Source: Octopus bimaculoides (lineage: Eukaryota). Taken from it: a stretch of 33,041 bases of DNA. The notes under the pieces are model-generated. The model saw nothing but the letters and a program-made list of their open reading frames with translations. It ran no database searches and had not been told where the DNA came from. The stretch spans positions 15,890,068 to 15,923,108 of the forward strand of contig NC_068994.1 of NCBI RefSeq assembly GCF_001194135.2, given 5' to 3'. The first letter of the stretch is position 1. Each line of letters starts with the position of its first letter. Positions 31,785-33,041 of the stretch are shown here, one piece after another. A program made the translations under genes and the position numbers.

Positions 31785-32168
31785 GGAGTGTCTGTGTGGT
31801 AAGAAGCTTGCTTCCCAACCACATGATTCTGGGTTCAGTCCCACAGTGTCACACCTTGAACAAGTGTCTTCTGCTGTAGACTCGGGCCGACCAAAGCCTT
31901 GTGAGTGGATTTGGTAGACGGAAACTGAAAGAAGCCTGTTGTATATATATGGGTGTGTGTGTCTGTGTTTGTCTCCCCCACCATCGCCTGACAACCGATG
32001 TTGGTATGTTTACGTCCCCGTAACATAGCGGTTCGGCAAAATTGACCGATGGAATAAGTACTAGGCTTACAAAGAATAAGTCTTGGGGTTGATTTGTTCG
32101 ACTAAAGGCGGTGCTCCAGCATGGCCGCAGTCAAAATGACTGAAACAAGTAAAAGAATAAAAGAATAA
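31785..32168 (+). mobile_element. Essentially complete CORE-like SINE (family B reference copy)
   Basis: Head GGAGTGTCTGTGTGGTAAGAAGC, B-box GGTTCAGTCC, CORE-like CCTTGAACAAGTGTCTT, internal (TA)/(TG), 3' GGCGGTGCTCCAGCATGGCCGCAGTC...GAAACAAGTAAAAGAATAAAAGAATAA. Confidence 0.9.
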
Positions 32169-33041
32169 TCTCGCATTGAATTATTTAAGTTGAATTTGTT
32201 TCAAAAGAGCCTTAACAATCATTGCATACAAACACCCACTTATATTATTTTTGATAATTATCATAATTATTTTCATTTTAAATAATGTGCATAATTGATG
32301 AGGCAATAGATGATTCTCATTCGTCATGACAGCCCACGTGGTCAAAGCAGACTCGACTTCTAAACTTACAAAGGGAGACTACCCAGTCCCATCCTTTTAT
32401 CTTCAAGCCAGCACTGAAAGATGCGACATTTCATATACGAGTACGTCTATGTAAATAATGCAATCGAAGGTAGAAAATGGGTAATGGGTGTAAATGCATA
32501 TTTCAGGAATTCTTGCTCCTTCTTCAGCGCCACATCCAACCCATTAATTATTAATGAACACATTTCTTAAATATCTACCAAATTAGCGGTGTAACACATT
32601 TGGACATTACAGTTTAGCACATTAATCATATTACTGGCAATTGGTACGTACATATTAATTGCTCATAGGGACACTGTATTTCATTATGCAACCAAGTATA
32701 TTACAAATATATAGATCAATATCTGTCCAAATTGTATTAGCAGTGCTAGTCGATCACTTTTTAAGGTTATTTCTACAGCAATATATATATAAAAACAAAT
32801 AGTAAATGAGTATGTGCATATATACGTACAGGTATGTGCATACCGACATCCACCTGTATGTATAGGTGCATATCTGGGTACAGGACATTGCAAACAAAAC
32901 GTAGATGAGAAAACACACAAGCCACATAGAGAACATTCTTCTTCATCAGCTACCCCCGTTTTAACACCGGCGTTTCGAAGAGCTGGGCAGGACGCATCGC
33001 TAAAACGGCTCTTCCCATGGACCGCAAATTAAATTTGTATG

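Noticed and set aside
32814-33032. 72-aa ORF at the window end
   Set aside because: Begins in TA-rich low-complexity sequence, with no recognisable domain or splice support.

Overview
Gapped eukaryotic draft-genome window: 8 N-runs totalling about 3.7 kb, AT-rich and very dense in microsatellites. The tRNA-derived SINE families and the repeat landscape point to an octopus (coleoid cephalopod) genome; this is an inference, not a database result. I cannot support any host protein-coding gene, structural RNA gene or CRISPR array, and nearly all ORFs in the supplied track are microsatellite or N-gap artefacts. The window is an intergenic or intronic transposon graveyard. It holds decayed L1/Tx1, Hero (R2-superfamily), RTE-BovB, BEL/Pao, two mariner, one Tc1 and one Helitron element, a long-TIR foldback element, and about 20 SINE pieces from at least 3-4 modular families. 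Three SINE copies are full length with perfect 12-14 bp target-site duplications. The most unusual structure is a ~700 bp array of an 18-bp unit that grew out of the inside of a SINE and carries a stop-free 219-codon antisense frame. I found no convincing evidence of a new multi-gene biological system; the findings concern repeat biology. All protein-family assignments come from manual translation and remembered motifs and need HMM/Dfam confirmation.
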